Shown here: positions 1 to 9,800 of the stretch, one piece after another
Position numbering within the stretch: the first letter of the stretch is position 1
Layout: each line of letters opens with the position of its first letter
Virus record (IMG/VR): IMGVR_UViG_3300035394_000017
Span: 1-47,630 of that record
DNA: 47,630 nucleotides
Strand: one strand, 5' to 3'
DNA from: a virus
Lineage: Duplodnaviria > Caudoviricetes
Notes under the pieces: generated by a model
Databases searched by the model: none
Told to the model about the DNA's origin: nothing
Seen by the model: only the letters and a program-made list of their open reading frames with translations
Made by a program: the position numbers and the translations under genes

Positions 1-32
1 AGAAACCCCCGTATCTCAAAAGGAGAAAACAA

Positions 33-299
33 ATGAGAGTGACCGCAACCGAATACTTCATCGTCCGTGACCGCATCTCGGGTGGAGAGTATCTTACAAC
101 CCGCAAGAGCCGCAGCAACGTCAACCAGCCTGCATATCGCTGGACCAAGGCTCGCCGTAGCCTTGCTACCCGCTTCGCAACGTATGACGCCGCACAGAAG
201 GCAAACCAGCGTTACGGTGGCGAACTCGTCCGCTGCACCAAGGTCGCTGTTCAGTCATCGAAGGGCTACAGCAAGGCAACCTTTCAGGAAGTTCTCTGA
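33..299 (+). CDS. Hypothetical basic protein (88 aa)
   Basis: Strong RBS (AAAGGAGA) upstream of the ATG; followed by a hairpin terminator; no recognised motif. Confidence 0.75.
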   Translation: MRVTATEYFIVRDRISGGEYLTTRKSRSNVNQPAYRWTKARRSLATRFATYDAAQKANQRYGGELVRCTKVAVQSSKGYSKATFQEVL

Positions 300-328
300 G
301 CTAACTGGAGTAGTCTAATAGACGCTGC

Positions 329-364
329 AAGAACCCAGGAGCAACCCTCCTGGGTTCTTCGTTT
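329..364 (+). terminator. Intrinsic terminator
   Basis: Perfect 13-bp stem AAGAACCCAGGAG (329-341) / CTCCTGGGTTCTT (347-359), 5-nt loop, followed by CGTTT. Confidence 0.75.
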
Positions 365-365
365 A

Positions 366-373
366 GATAAATA
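366..373 (+). promoter_or_regulatory. Possible T4-type late promoter variant GATAAATA
   Basis: One mismatch to TATAAATA; lies right after the terminator and 24 nt upstream of the first gene of the structural operon. Confidence 0.4.
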
Positions 374-397
374 CGGAAACAAGAGTATAATAACTCC

Positions 398-691
398 ATG
401 ACTCCGCTATTGACACTACTATTCATGCTTCTCGGGTCGTTGTCTCTTACAAAAATGTGGGCAGACTCCGACATATTCACTCCCGTCCGTAACAAGATGG
501 CAGATTACCCATGGCTTCGTAAGCCATGGCTGTGCGCTAAGTGCATGTCATTCTGGTTCGGTGTTCTCTCAGCCGTGCTGATAGGCGACCCGTTCCACCA
601 GTTAGGAGTTACTATAGGAGTGTCAACCGCATTTTGCGGTCTTGTCACTCATCTCATCGTTTGCATATTATCAGATAAAGAAATATTCTAA
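398..691 (+). CDS. Small membrane protein with CxxC, DUF1360-like
   Basis: Hydrophobic helices; D.IF..VR motif and PWLCAKCMSFW resemble the DUF1360 L.C..C.S.W signature. Confidence 0.7.
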   Translation: MTPLLTLLFMLLGSLSLTKMWADSDIFTPVRNKMADYPWLRKPWLCAKCMSFWFGVLSAVLIGDPFHQLGVTIGVSTAFCGLVTHLIVCILSDKEIF

Positions 692-700
692 GGAGTATCT

Positions 701-1201
701 ATGCCAGAAATTCTCAACGTTCCAATTTTCCTCGAAACTATTAGGGTCAATGATAAATATAGAGAAGAGTTTACCGCAATTGCCCCTGAAGTGAAAGCCG
801 ACATTATCTCATTCAAGGATAATCCCAAGTGCAACTGCCGACGTAAGATACATGAATACTATGAGCAGAATAAAGCCAGAGCCGATATACAGTCGTTCAT
901 ACAGAAGTGGAAGACTCAGATACCAAATTTAATCATCAATGTAACACCAAACACCCAAACCACTACAACCCCCGCAACAACAGTATCGGTTCAAGCGGTC
1001 AACGAGGCTCCGGTTGTAAATCCAGCCCAAGCTAAGATAAAGCCGATGGAAGGTCATGTGGTTGAGATTCCAGCCCTTCCAGCCGAATATAAGACTCTCA
1101 TAGAACATAGCAGAAAAGACAGATGGGTGTACCGTGGTGTGAGTGTTATGGAGAAGGTCGGAGATGATGGTCAAAAGACTTGGTTAGTATTTTTCTTCTG
1201 A
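701..1201 (+). CDS. Hypothetical protein (166 aa) with CxC motif and Thr-rich linker
   Basis: RBS AAGGAG; NPKCNCRRK; TPNTQTTTTPATT linker. Confidence 0.8.
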   Translation: MPEILNVPIFLETIRVNDKYREEFTAIAPEVKADIISFKDNPKCNCRRKIHEYYEQNKARADIQSFIQKWKTQIPNLIINVTPNTQTTTTPATTVSVQAVNEAPVVNPAQAKIKPMEGHVVEIPALPAEYKTLIEHSRKDRWVYRGVSVMEKVGDDGQKTWLVFFF

Positions 1202-1213
1202 TAGGAGCAATGG

Positions 1214-2842
1214 ATGACACCGATTGGTGCGGATATAACTGACATAGGCAACGATGTATTTACCTTCAACGGCAACTACAGAGCTATTGTTGAGGATAAC
1301 GAAGACCCCATAGATATTGGGCGTGTTCGTGTTCGCATATTCGGAATGCACTCACTTGACCCCGCAGAAACACCAGTAGACCATTTGCCGTGGGCAGAGC
1401 CTTGTCTCGCACCATATTACTCAGGCGGTAAGAACCTCGAATCTCGTGAAGAGAAAGACCCAAAGCGTTTCACCCCCGAAGGCAGCGTCTTTACCCCGCC
1501 CCCAAAGACAACAACCGAGCTAACTGAGTCGTTTGTTGATACCGTCATGCAGAAAGAAGGCTCGGGCGGTATGTTCACCGTTCCTCGCAAGGGTACAATG
1601 GTTTGGATATTCTTCGAGAATGGCGACCATACCCGCCCTCAGTATTGGGCGCTTGCCTCCAAGAAAGACGATTGGGTAGCTCAGAAGAACAAGTTAGTCA
1701 GTGAAATCAAGATAAAGCGTGATAACGTTACCTATTGGCGTGATGTGTTTCAGAAAGCACTTGACGCCGCTGAACACAAGGGTAAAGACACTCCAACGCA
1801 GAATGCCAAGCTCAAACTCATCAATGAGAAGCCTAAGCTTGAGATATTCAACGTTGACGATATTGAGAACTACCACATAACCAGCTACACAAGCCCAGGT
1901 GGCGTAACTCACATCGTCGTCAATAAGAAGGGTCTTGAGAAGCATTACATCATTCACAAAGGAACCATAGAATACGTTGAACACAACGGGCAGCGTAAGC
2001 TGATGGTTGGTAACAACGGCTTCAAGGATTCCTCGCAGACAGGTAAAGCTAATGACCTTGAAGAGCTTGTAGCCAACAACTATGAGCTTCACATCGGAGG
2101 CGACTTTGAGGTATTTGTCAAGAAGTCGAAGTCAGTTCAGATTGATGGTGACTGTCAAGTAAACGTCAAGAAGAACATCGGTATCGTCTGCCGTGAAGGC
2201 AACGTGTCTATCATTGTTGAAAAGGGCGACTGCAACATTGACACCAAGGGCAAGACCAACATCCATGCCGCTGACCAGATTCAGGTTCACTCCAACAAAG
2301 ACATATTCATCAAGAATGATGCTACACTAAACGTTCACTCTGTCAAGAAGATGTCGGTTACTTGCGATGATGAAATATCATTCAAGGCTGCTAAGGCTAT
2401 TTCGTTTGAGGCTGGAACCGACTTCAATGTGAAAGCCGGTAAGACTGCCAATGTTACTACAGGAACTACAACGTCATTCAAGTGTACACAATACAGCGTT
2501 ACATGCACTCCTGCCGGATTCCATGTTGACGCTGGAAGTAAGTTCCGTATAGATCCCGCTGGTTTCGGTGGAGACAAGACCTGTAACGCTCAAGTGGTCA
2601 ATGCTCGCCACCCAGGATGCTTCCCAGGACCGATTGCAGGCTTTGCTACGCCATATCCTGGCACACCCCTACCTCCGACACCACCAATAGCTCCAACCCC
2701 TCTAAAGTTCGTTGTAGGGGCTTCCACGACACTTGAAGCAGCCAACCCCCCCGCATTCACAGATGTTCCAAACGGCACTCCGTTGCCTCCTGTGAACACA
2801 CCACCCCCATCCAAGTTCCAATTCTTCGGGCTTGAAGCGTAA
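1214..2842 (+). CDS. gp5: Baseplate hub/central spike, T4 gp5/VgrG-like (OB-fold plus beta-helix, no lysozyme domain)
   Basis: YRAIVEDNEDPIDIGRVRVRIFGMH, LPWA and VPRKGTMVWIFFENGD..RP OB-fold motifs; ~8-residue beta-helix repeats in the C-terminal half; adjacent to gp25. Confidence 0.9.
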   Translation: MTPIGADITDIGNDVFTFNGNYRAIVEDNEDPIDIGRVRVRIFGMHSLDPAETPVDHLPWAEPCLAPYYSGGKNLESREEKDPKRFTPEGSVFTPPPKTTTELTESFVDTVMQKEGSGGMFTVPRKGTMVWIFFENGDHTRPQYWALASKKDDWVAQKNKLVSEIKIKRDNVTYWRDVFQKALDAAEHKGKDTPTQNAKLKLINEKPKLEIFNVDDIENYHITSYTSPGGVTHIVVNKKGLEKHYIIHKGTIEYVEHNGQRKLMVGNNGFKDSSQTGKANDLEELVANNYELHIGGDFEVFVKKSKSVQIDGDCQVNVKKNIGIVCREGNVSIIVEKGDCNIDTKGKTNIHAADQIQVHSNKDIFIKNDATLNVHSVKKMSVTCDDEISFKAAKAISFEAGTDFNVKAGKTANVTTGTTTSFKCTQYSVTCTPAGFHVDAGSKFRIDPAGFGGDKTCNAQVVNARHPGCFPGPIAGFATPYPGTPLPPTPPIAPTPLKFVVGASTTLEAANPPAFTDVPNGTPLPPVNTPPPSKFQFFGLEA

Positions 2843-2845
2843 ATA

Positions 2846-2853
2846 TATAAATA
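2846..2853 (+). promoter_or_regulatory. T4-type late promoter TATAAATA
   Basis: Exact TATAAATA in the short intergenic gap, 21 nt upstream of the gp25 ATG. Confidence 0.7.
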
Positions 2854-2874
2854 ACCTGTAAAGGGTTTTCATAT

Positions 2875-3267
2875 ATGGCGCGTGCCCTAAAAAGACAATT
2901 TCTATACAACGACCTTCCATTCAATATGGAACTCGGGGCAGACGGTGACGTTCCTATGAAGGGCGACCGTGACGCTATCAGACAGGCTATATTCAATATT
3001 CTAAATACTGTCAAGGGAAGTAGACAAATAAACCCTGACTTTGGATGTAACTTGAACCTTTATCTCTTTGAGCCGTATAATGAAAATACTGCCATGAAGA
3101 TAGGTGAAGATATATCAAGGAACATAAATGGGGAGCCGAGAATAACCCCGTTGAAGATAGATGTTACGATGGATGATGAAAACGCGGCATATGCGATTGA
3201 GGTTGTTTATCAAATCAAATCAACGCAGACACGGGACAGCATAAACTTTAGACTACAGGCGCTCTAA
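2875..3267 (+). CDS. gp25: Baseplate wedge subunit, gp25/GPW family
   Basis: DAIRQAIFNILNTVKGSRQINPDFGCNL..YLFEP and EPRI motifs. Confidence 0.93.
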   Translation: MARALKRQFLYNDLPFNMELGADGDVPMKGDRDAIRQAIFNILNTVKGSRQINPDFGCNLNLYLFEPYNENTAMKIGEDISRNINGEPRITPLKIDVTMDDENAAYAIEVVYQIKSTQTRDSINFRLQAL

Positions 3268-3268
3268 T

Positions 3269-6200
3269 ATGGATGAAACAAAAGAAAAGAGAAGTTTAGA
3301 CTATACAACCTTTGACTTCGCTGAGAAGTTGACGGAGTATGAGGCTTTCCTCCGCGATACCAACACTTTCAAGGATTTCCAGGCAGAAGGATCTAACATC
3401 CGTGTTCTCATGGAACTCATGGCAATGCAGGGTTCGCAGAACTCGTTTTACACCCATGCCGCTGCTAATGAGATATTCCAGCCAACCGCCAAGCTCTACA
3501 AGTCGCTCAACAAGGTTGGAAATACCCTGCGTTACGCCGCTCGTGGTAAGACCGCATCCAAGGTCGATGTAGTCGGCTCGTTGAACCCTGAATACGTTTA
3601 CGGCAAGATATCTCAGTATATTGAAATACCAGCATACTCGGTATTCCCATCAAACTCACCAACATCAACGGGAGCTTCTTTCTCGTTCACTAACCCATTG
3701 CCTATCGTGTATATCGTTCGTGGCTTTGGTATTCGTGAGTTGCAGGCTGAAGATATTCGCTACAAGGGATACCCACTTCCATACACATCGTCAACTCCGT
3801 TCTTCATGTTGAACGCCACAGATGTCGGTATTGACCCTACACAGATAACATTGCCTTTGTCGTTGACCAAGCCAATGTCGGTTATAAAGAAGACAACCAC
3901 AGACAACTACCGTGGCTTTGACACCGACAACTATCCGCTGCTCAATCGCTCCGACAACCAGAGCGTCGGTCAGCCGTTCTCAAAGACCATCACAACCCAG
4001 GAATACGGCTCGCCGCTTGTTCCAGGCAGCACATATGCTTTGATATTGAACCTCGACCCGGCTACATCAACTCCATACATGACGGTAGCAGAAGCCAATA
4101 ATGTCATTCAGGATAAGCAGGATGACGTTATCTGCACATTCTCATTGCAGCCAACCGATTCCACAAACTCGTTCTACACTCTCCAGATAGATGAGATGCG
4201 CTCCTACAGACGCTTCTATGTCGGTGTCACGGGTCTTCAGAACCTCGAAAGCTGCCGTCTTGAATATGATGCAATCCCAGGACGTGACAATGCCGTTGAG
4301 AGAATCAAGCTTATCGTCAACAAAGACGGCAACTCGGCTCCGCTCTCAGCACTCATCAATGGAAACATATTCACCTTCCAGACAGGAACCATATTCAGTC
4401 AGAAGATTCCTATCGACTTTTGGGATACTGGAATCGAAGAATACAATGTAAACCTCGTCATAACCGATGAACTCTCGCCAGAGACAAACTATGGTGCGCA
4501 GCTTGTCATTACTTCACAGGAGCCAATCTCCAACCAAGTAACCGTTGCCAAGATAAACACCAAGTATACTGACGCTTCGACCAACACCAAGACTCTCGAA
4601 TCAACTTCGGGCAAGCGTTTCGGTGACTTGAAGTTCGTTGACAAGGCTCCTATCAAGACCTCAGAGCAGAAGGCAGGCAGAATATTCTTCCAGAAGGGCG
4701 AAACCGTTCAGAAGATAATATTCGATACACCGTTCGTTCCATCGGGAACTGAAACAAGTGCATCATATATAGCCAATATAACCCCCGAAGGCAACGTTCG
4801 CACATGGTACGCAAACAAGACTGACGGAAGCTTTGAGTTGTATGTTGAGCCTAACTCGCAGTTTGAGGGCTTTATAGCATGGAGCGCCACAAGAACCGTT
4901 GAAGGATCCTTCAAGGAGATTTCGGTTCAGTTCACCGAGCCTATCCCAACTGCCGTAAACGTCGCCGGTTCAACTTCTAACTACATGGTTCAGTTGACAC
5001 CAAACGAGAACGTTCAGATTTGGTATGAGAATCCAACACCAGAGGGCTTCACCATCAGAACCGAAAAGGAGTTCCGTGGAAAGATAAGCTGGTCGGTATT
5101 CAACTACTTCAGCGGTGACGTTGTTCCTATTGAACCAGAATCGGCTTATCGTCAGCGTGGAACTATTCTTATAAACCCATCAGACGCCGAAACCGGCATT
5201 CCTGTCGAGTTGACAGTTCCTATCATTGACAAGAACTACGCCATTCAGCTTGTTCCTAACAAGAACGTAGTTGTATACTACAACGACAAGCAATCAACTG
5301 GATTCACAGTCAAGGCTGAAAAGAACCAAGAGATTCTTACCGTTGATTGGTACGTTGACTCCAATGACGGATATGTATTCCAGAAGCATGGTGAGATAGA
5401 CTTCTCGGGTCAATCGACTAATGAGCTTCAGATACCGGGACTCTACTTCACAAACATTCCAGAGACATTTGAGATTCCTGGGCTTGTTCAGGGAAGCGTT
5501 TCATTCACATATGTCAATGCCAACACGGTTGTTGACTCTGCTAATAACGGATTGTCAATATCACTTGACCCAACCCGCCAGTTCGAGACAGACACTCGCT
5601 TCCTCGTGGAAGATGACAGTGTTGCCGTAAACTCCATTCGTGTATTCGTCAAGAATGAACGTGGAACCTGGGATGAATGGAACCGTGCTGGAACAGGATT
5701 CGATCAAGACGTTGCTCCTGGCAACTTCGTATTCTTCGCCAAGGTCGGACCAGACAAGCGCATCATGATTGAGTTTGGTGATGGGGTTGTTTGGGGAACT
5801 TCGATGATGAACAAGGAAACCTTCATCCTCGGTTTGAAGTCAATCGGAAGCGAGGGCGATGTAGCTAAGGGAACTCTCTCAGAGAAGGTTGTTCTCTCGC
5901 AGTATATCCTCGGAAACGACAACACCAACATATCCTTCGAGAAGAACTTCGTGTCTCTCGTTGGCTTGAAGTCTGCCGTATACTTTGAGAACGGCAATAC
6001 ATCAACCCGTATCATCGACTCTGAGAGAACCCGCCTCAAGGAAACCGACCTTATCATCATCCAGAACCAGAATGCGTTCGGTGGTAATGAAGTTGAAACG
6101 GTAGACGAGATTCGCCAGAACCTCACCAATACATTCATTCGTCAGGATAGAAACGTATCGTTGACTGACTATGAGAAGTATGTAAGAGAAGTATTCAGCA

Positions 6201-6877
6201 ACTACCTACAGGAAGCCATTGTTCTGTCATATGAAGACGCTAAGAAGCAGGGTATCATAACAGGAAACCAAAACTACTGGTTCAATCATATCTTTGTCGT
6301 TGGCTTGAATAAAGACGGAAGTAACGTCATTCCAAGAAACCTCAAGGATGCCATGATCGCCAACTTGGATGGAACCTCGTTCCGCATGATGGGTGCCAAG
6401 CATGAGATAGTTGAAGCCACCTGGGTTCCCGTTGACGTTGCTATAAGATACCGCAAGTCTAAGTTCGGAAGTGCTGAACAGGTTGAGACGCAGATGAGAA
6501 AGAACATACAAGACTTCTTCTCGCCTAAGAACCACTCACTCGGCGGCAAGATAAGCCACTCTGACCTTGTTTCAATACTCAAGGTGGAGTATGTCGAAGC
6601 GGTTGAAGTCATGCTCAACAAAGATCCAAACAACGCCTTCAACGCGAGCGACTACGATGTATCGGTAAGACAGTCTGACACCGATGTAAACGTCTCACGC
6701 AGAAACAAGCTTATGACCCTTGTAGCTAAAGACCCATCGCTCGTCAAGGTATTCCAGCCGCTCTTCGATACATTGAAGACTGATGGAACCAGAGAATGGA
6801 ACTACAGTCTCGACATCAGCTTCGGCGCATACGAATTCCCGAAGCTTGGTGATATAATAATCAAGAGAGAATCATAA
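3269..6877 (+). CDS. gp6: Baseplate wedge subunit, T4 gp6-like, enlarged (1202 aa)
   Basis: N-terminal DF..KL...FL....FKDF..EGSNI.VLMEL.A...NE.F..TA; IEFGDGV.G; C-terminal AFGGNEVETVDEIR...QDRNVSLTDYE. Confidence 0.9.
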   Translation: MDETKEKRSLDYTTFDFAEKLTEYEAFLRDTNTFKDFQAEGSNIRVLMELMAMQGSQNSFYTHAAANEIFQPTAKLYKSLNKVGNTLRYAARGKTASKVDVVGSLNPEYVYGKISQYIEIPAYSVFPSNSPTSTGASFSFTNPLPIVYIVRGFGIRELQAEDIRYKGYPLPYTSSTPFFMLNATDVGIDPTQITLPLSLTKPMSVIKKTTTDNYRGFDTDNYPLLNRSDNQSVGQPFSKTITTQEYGSPLVPGSTYALILNLDPATSTPYMTVAEANNVIQDKQDDVICTFSLQPTDSTNSFYTLQIDEMRSYRRFYVGVTGLQNLESCRLEYDAIPGRDNAVERIKLIVNKDGNSAPLSALINGNIFTFQTGTIFSQKIPIDFWDTGIEEYNVNLVITDELSPETNYGAQLVITSQEPISNQVTVAKINTKYTDASTNTKTLESTSGKRFGDLKFVDKAPIKTSEQKAGRIFFQKGETVQKIIFDTPFVPSGTETSASYIANITPEGNVRTWYANKTDGSFELYVEPNSQFEGFIAWSATRTVEGSFKEISVQFTEPIPTAVNVAGSTSNYMVQLTPNENVQIWYENPTPEGFTIRTEKEFRGKISWSVFNYFSGDVVPIEPESAYRQRGTILINPSDAETGIPVELTVPIIDKNYAIQLVPNKNVVVYYNDKQSTGFTVKAEKNQEILTVDWYVDSNDGYVFQKHGEIDFSGQSTNELQIPGLYFTNIPETFEIPGLVQGSVSFTYVNANTVVDSANNGLSISLDPTRQFETDTRFLVEDDSVAVNSIRVFVKNERGTWDEWNRAGTGFDQDVAPGNFVFFAKVGPDKRIMIEFGDGVVWGTSMMNKETFILGLKSIGSEGDVAKGTLSEKVVLSQYILGNDNTNISFEKNFVSLVGLKSAVYFENGNTSTRIIDSERTRLKETDLIIIQNQNAFGGNEVETVDEIRQNLTNTFIRQDRNVSLTDYEKYVREVFSNYLQEAIVLSYEDAKKQGIITGNQNYWFNHIFVVGLNKDGSNVIPRNLKDAMIANLDGTSFRMMGAKHEIVEATWVPVDVAIRYRKSKFGSAEQVETQMRKNIQDFFSPKNHSLGGKISHSDLVSILKVEYVEAVEVMLNKDPNNAFNASDYDVSVRQSDTDVNVSRRNKLMTLVAKDPSLVKVFQPLFDTLKTDGTREWNYSLDISFGAYEFPKLGDIIIKRES

Positions 6878-9800
6878 TGGCGACATTCAAATCCATCATA
6901 GAAATAGTCGGTGACGGCTCATACGCTAATGACATCGTAGAATTGAGAAGCAACTCGACGGTTGGTGATCTGCCAGCCGACGTTATAGTTATTGGCGATG
7001 TTACCGAAGGTGAGATAGACCCAAGTCTATACACAGCGTATGAGATATCCAAGGTTCAATGGGAAACCAGCGACGGCAAGTTCTATGGGGATACGAATAC
7101 AACTCACAAGTTTGCGTCAAGTGGAATATATCAGATAAAGCTTACCGTTTGGTCAGAACCATTTCTAACCGGCGATGGTAGAAAGTTCTATTTTACACAC
7201 TCATCATATAAAGATGTAACAATTGAGTCAAAAATACTCAAGTTCTTCTTACAGAACAATCCAACATGGGAACTTACCAAGAATGATGCTGCTCTTGACT
7301 TCTACAAGGCATCCGCTAACTTCTTCGAGAAGATTTACCGAGACACGACGGGATTGTTTGACCTGTGGGATGCTGAACGTATAAATCCACAGTTCTTTGA
7401 ATACCTTGCGATGACTCTTGGGCACAGTAGCGAATACTCCAAGAAGGTCGGCTACAACATGGCTACGGACGATTTCTCGACGTATGACATCTACGACCGC
7501 ATCAAGAAGAATATTGCCTCAAAAGAGGAAATACAAGCCTTCCGTCGCTTCCTAATCATGACCTCAGAACTCTTCCGCAAGAAGGGTTCGAGTGAGTCTA
7601 TTGAGAAGTTCCTTTCGTTCTTTACTATCAATGCCAAAGTTGTAGAGCTATGGACGAAGAATTGGGGTCAGACACCTATTGGTGAAACCGATGAGAACTT
7701 CATAGGGTTTGAACTGGAAGACAATAAGCATGGGTTTGTTTGGAAGAACATTCGCATAGTTGGTAACTGCATCACCGAAAAGGGATATATCCGAAAGAAC
7801 CTTAGCTCCATCACCATGGATAACTACCATGACATAGAGAAGATTCAGTATCCTTCAGGCGTCGTTTCGTATGTCAACTCTGGTGAGAAGCTGGGTTGGG
7901 AAGAAATCGAACTTGAGAAGTCGGCTCCATATGTATTTGACATAAGAAAAGAAGACGGTAACATTCTTGTAACTGAAGATGTCTACAAGACAGAACCTAT
8001 CATATACGATATAGTTCCAAACACCCCACCGCGTACAGACGAATCTAAGGCTGGCGTTCTTCAGATAAAGCCAGATTCGGTTGAGGTTGGTGACAGACTT
8101 GTTGTTGCTTACTATGGCACCGAGAGCAGCATATTTGACAGCGTTCTTGCCACCAAGGAAAAGACCTGTAAAGACTTTGACGCCCGTGCCAAGTTCCTCA
8201 TCAAGAACATTCCAGACCCTAATATATTTGAGAGCTACAAGTATCCAGAGAATGAAGTATTTGTTTTGTTCCGTGGTATCCAGGGTAATACTGACCTATA
8301 CGCCACGTTTGGCGAATACTACAAAGTAGTTGTCAACGGTAGAAGAGGCACAGCTTCTTTGGTCAAGGTAACTCAGACCGATGATAAGCAGGTAGTCTTC
8401 CAGAAGCTCAACGTCTCGGGCGATAGAAACACTCCTATTTACGACTCACAGTTCTTCAAGACAGATGATCCTTCATGCCCAACAGAGCTAAAGGCTGATA
8501 CTTTCTATGAACTGGAAGTCAAGGTAGTCGGCTCCCTCGTTTCGGCATATCTGTATGAGAATGAAGTAGAAACTGCTATACAGAATAACATAGACTCTGA
8601 TACTGGCGGAAACCCATATGGCGTAAACACCTGTAAAGCACCGACCATACTCTTCGAGAACATAACACTCGAACAGGATTCGGCGCAGATAGTTACTAAT
8701 GACGTTGAAGGTAATGACGTTCTTGATAAGAAGTATACAGTCATATCTGACGCTGGTCACTATGGCTTCGGTATTCGCTCTGCTATAATCGACCTAAAGG
8801 ATTTCTACATCAACATACTTGATGCTGACGAAACTCTTTACACGACAGTTGATAAAGAATTCAACTTGATGCCTAAGTATCTCGACTACCGTAGAGAGTT
8901 GCTGAAGTATAACAACTCGGGCAAGGGAACTGACGCATTCAACAATCAGACCATCATAGAGAACTACAATCCTTCTGTAACCGACTATGATGTTGATACC
9001 AAGTCGATGAATATTATATACGCTGACAACGCACCTGTGTCGGAAGCTATATCAACAAGATACACAGTATCATTTGACGAAGCTTGGATGAAGGAAAACT
9101 TCAAGGATTCGGCAGATGTCACCAAGAAGATAATACTTCCGTTTGGCAGCCAGCGTAGATGGTTTATACCAGACTCTCGCTCATACAGCAAGGATGTGTA
9201 TAAGAACTACTATGGTGGAACCAGTCTCAAGTCTGGTGATAGCTACATCCCAGGTTTGTTCCGCTACAACGATTCCATGGTTCTCGACACTTATGATTTG
9301 GAGCCTGGAGATAACTTCTCAACTCTAACCCGCGATGGAAACACTCTCACATTCAGCGGTAATGCAAGACTGCTTCAGTATCTTTACACGGGCAAGGGAT
9401 TCGGCTTCCGCGGCGTATTCCAAGAGGTTTGCCCACACTCTGGCAACTTCCCATCTGTAAACGAAGCGATCACACTTCCAGACAACTCAACATACAAGAA
9501 TCCAGTGTTCCAGCCTATATCGGTTGATACCACCAGCGGAGTTCGTGTTGTTGGTGTTCGCTTCAAGAGTTGCGATGACATTGAAAGACTGATAGCAGCC
9601 AACTCAACACCACTCTATAAGAGCGTGCAGTTGTATGGTCAGTTCTCCATGGATGTGTCAGCGGAGTCAATACGTTTCTGCCCCGACAAGACCGCATTCA
9701 CTAAGCATCCCGCCCTCGCTGATACCTATGTTGTTAAATTTTTCGTACCACTTGGTATCCTCGACAAGAACAGAAGAACATACTCTCTCAACAGTGAGTT

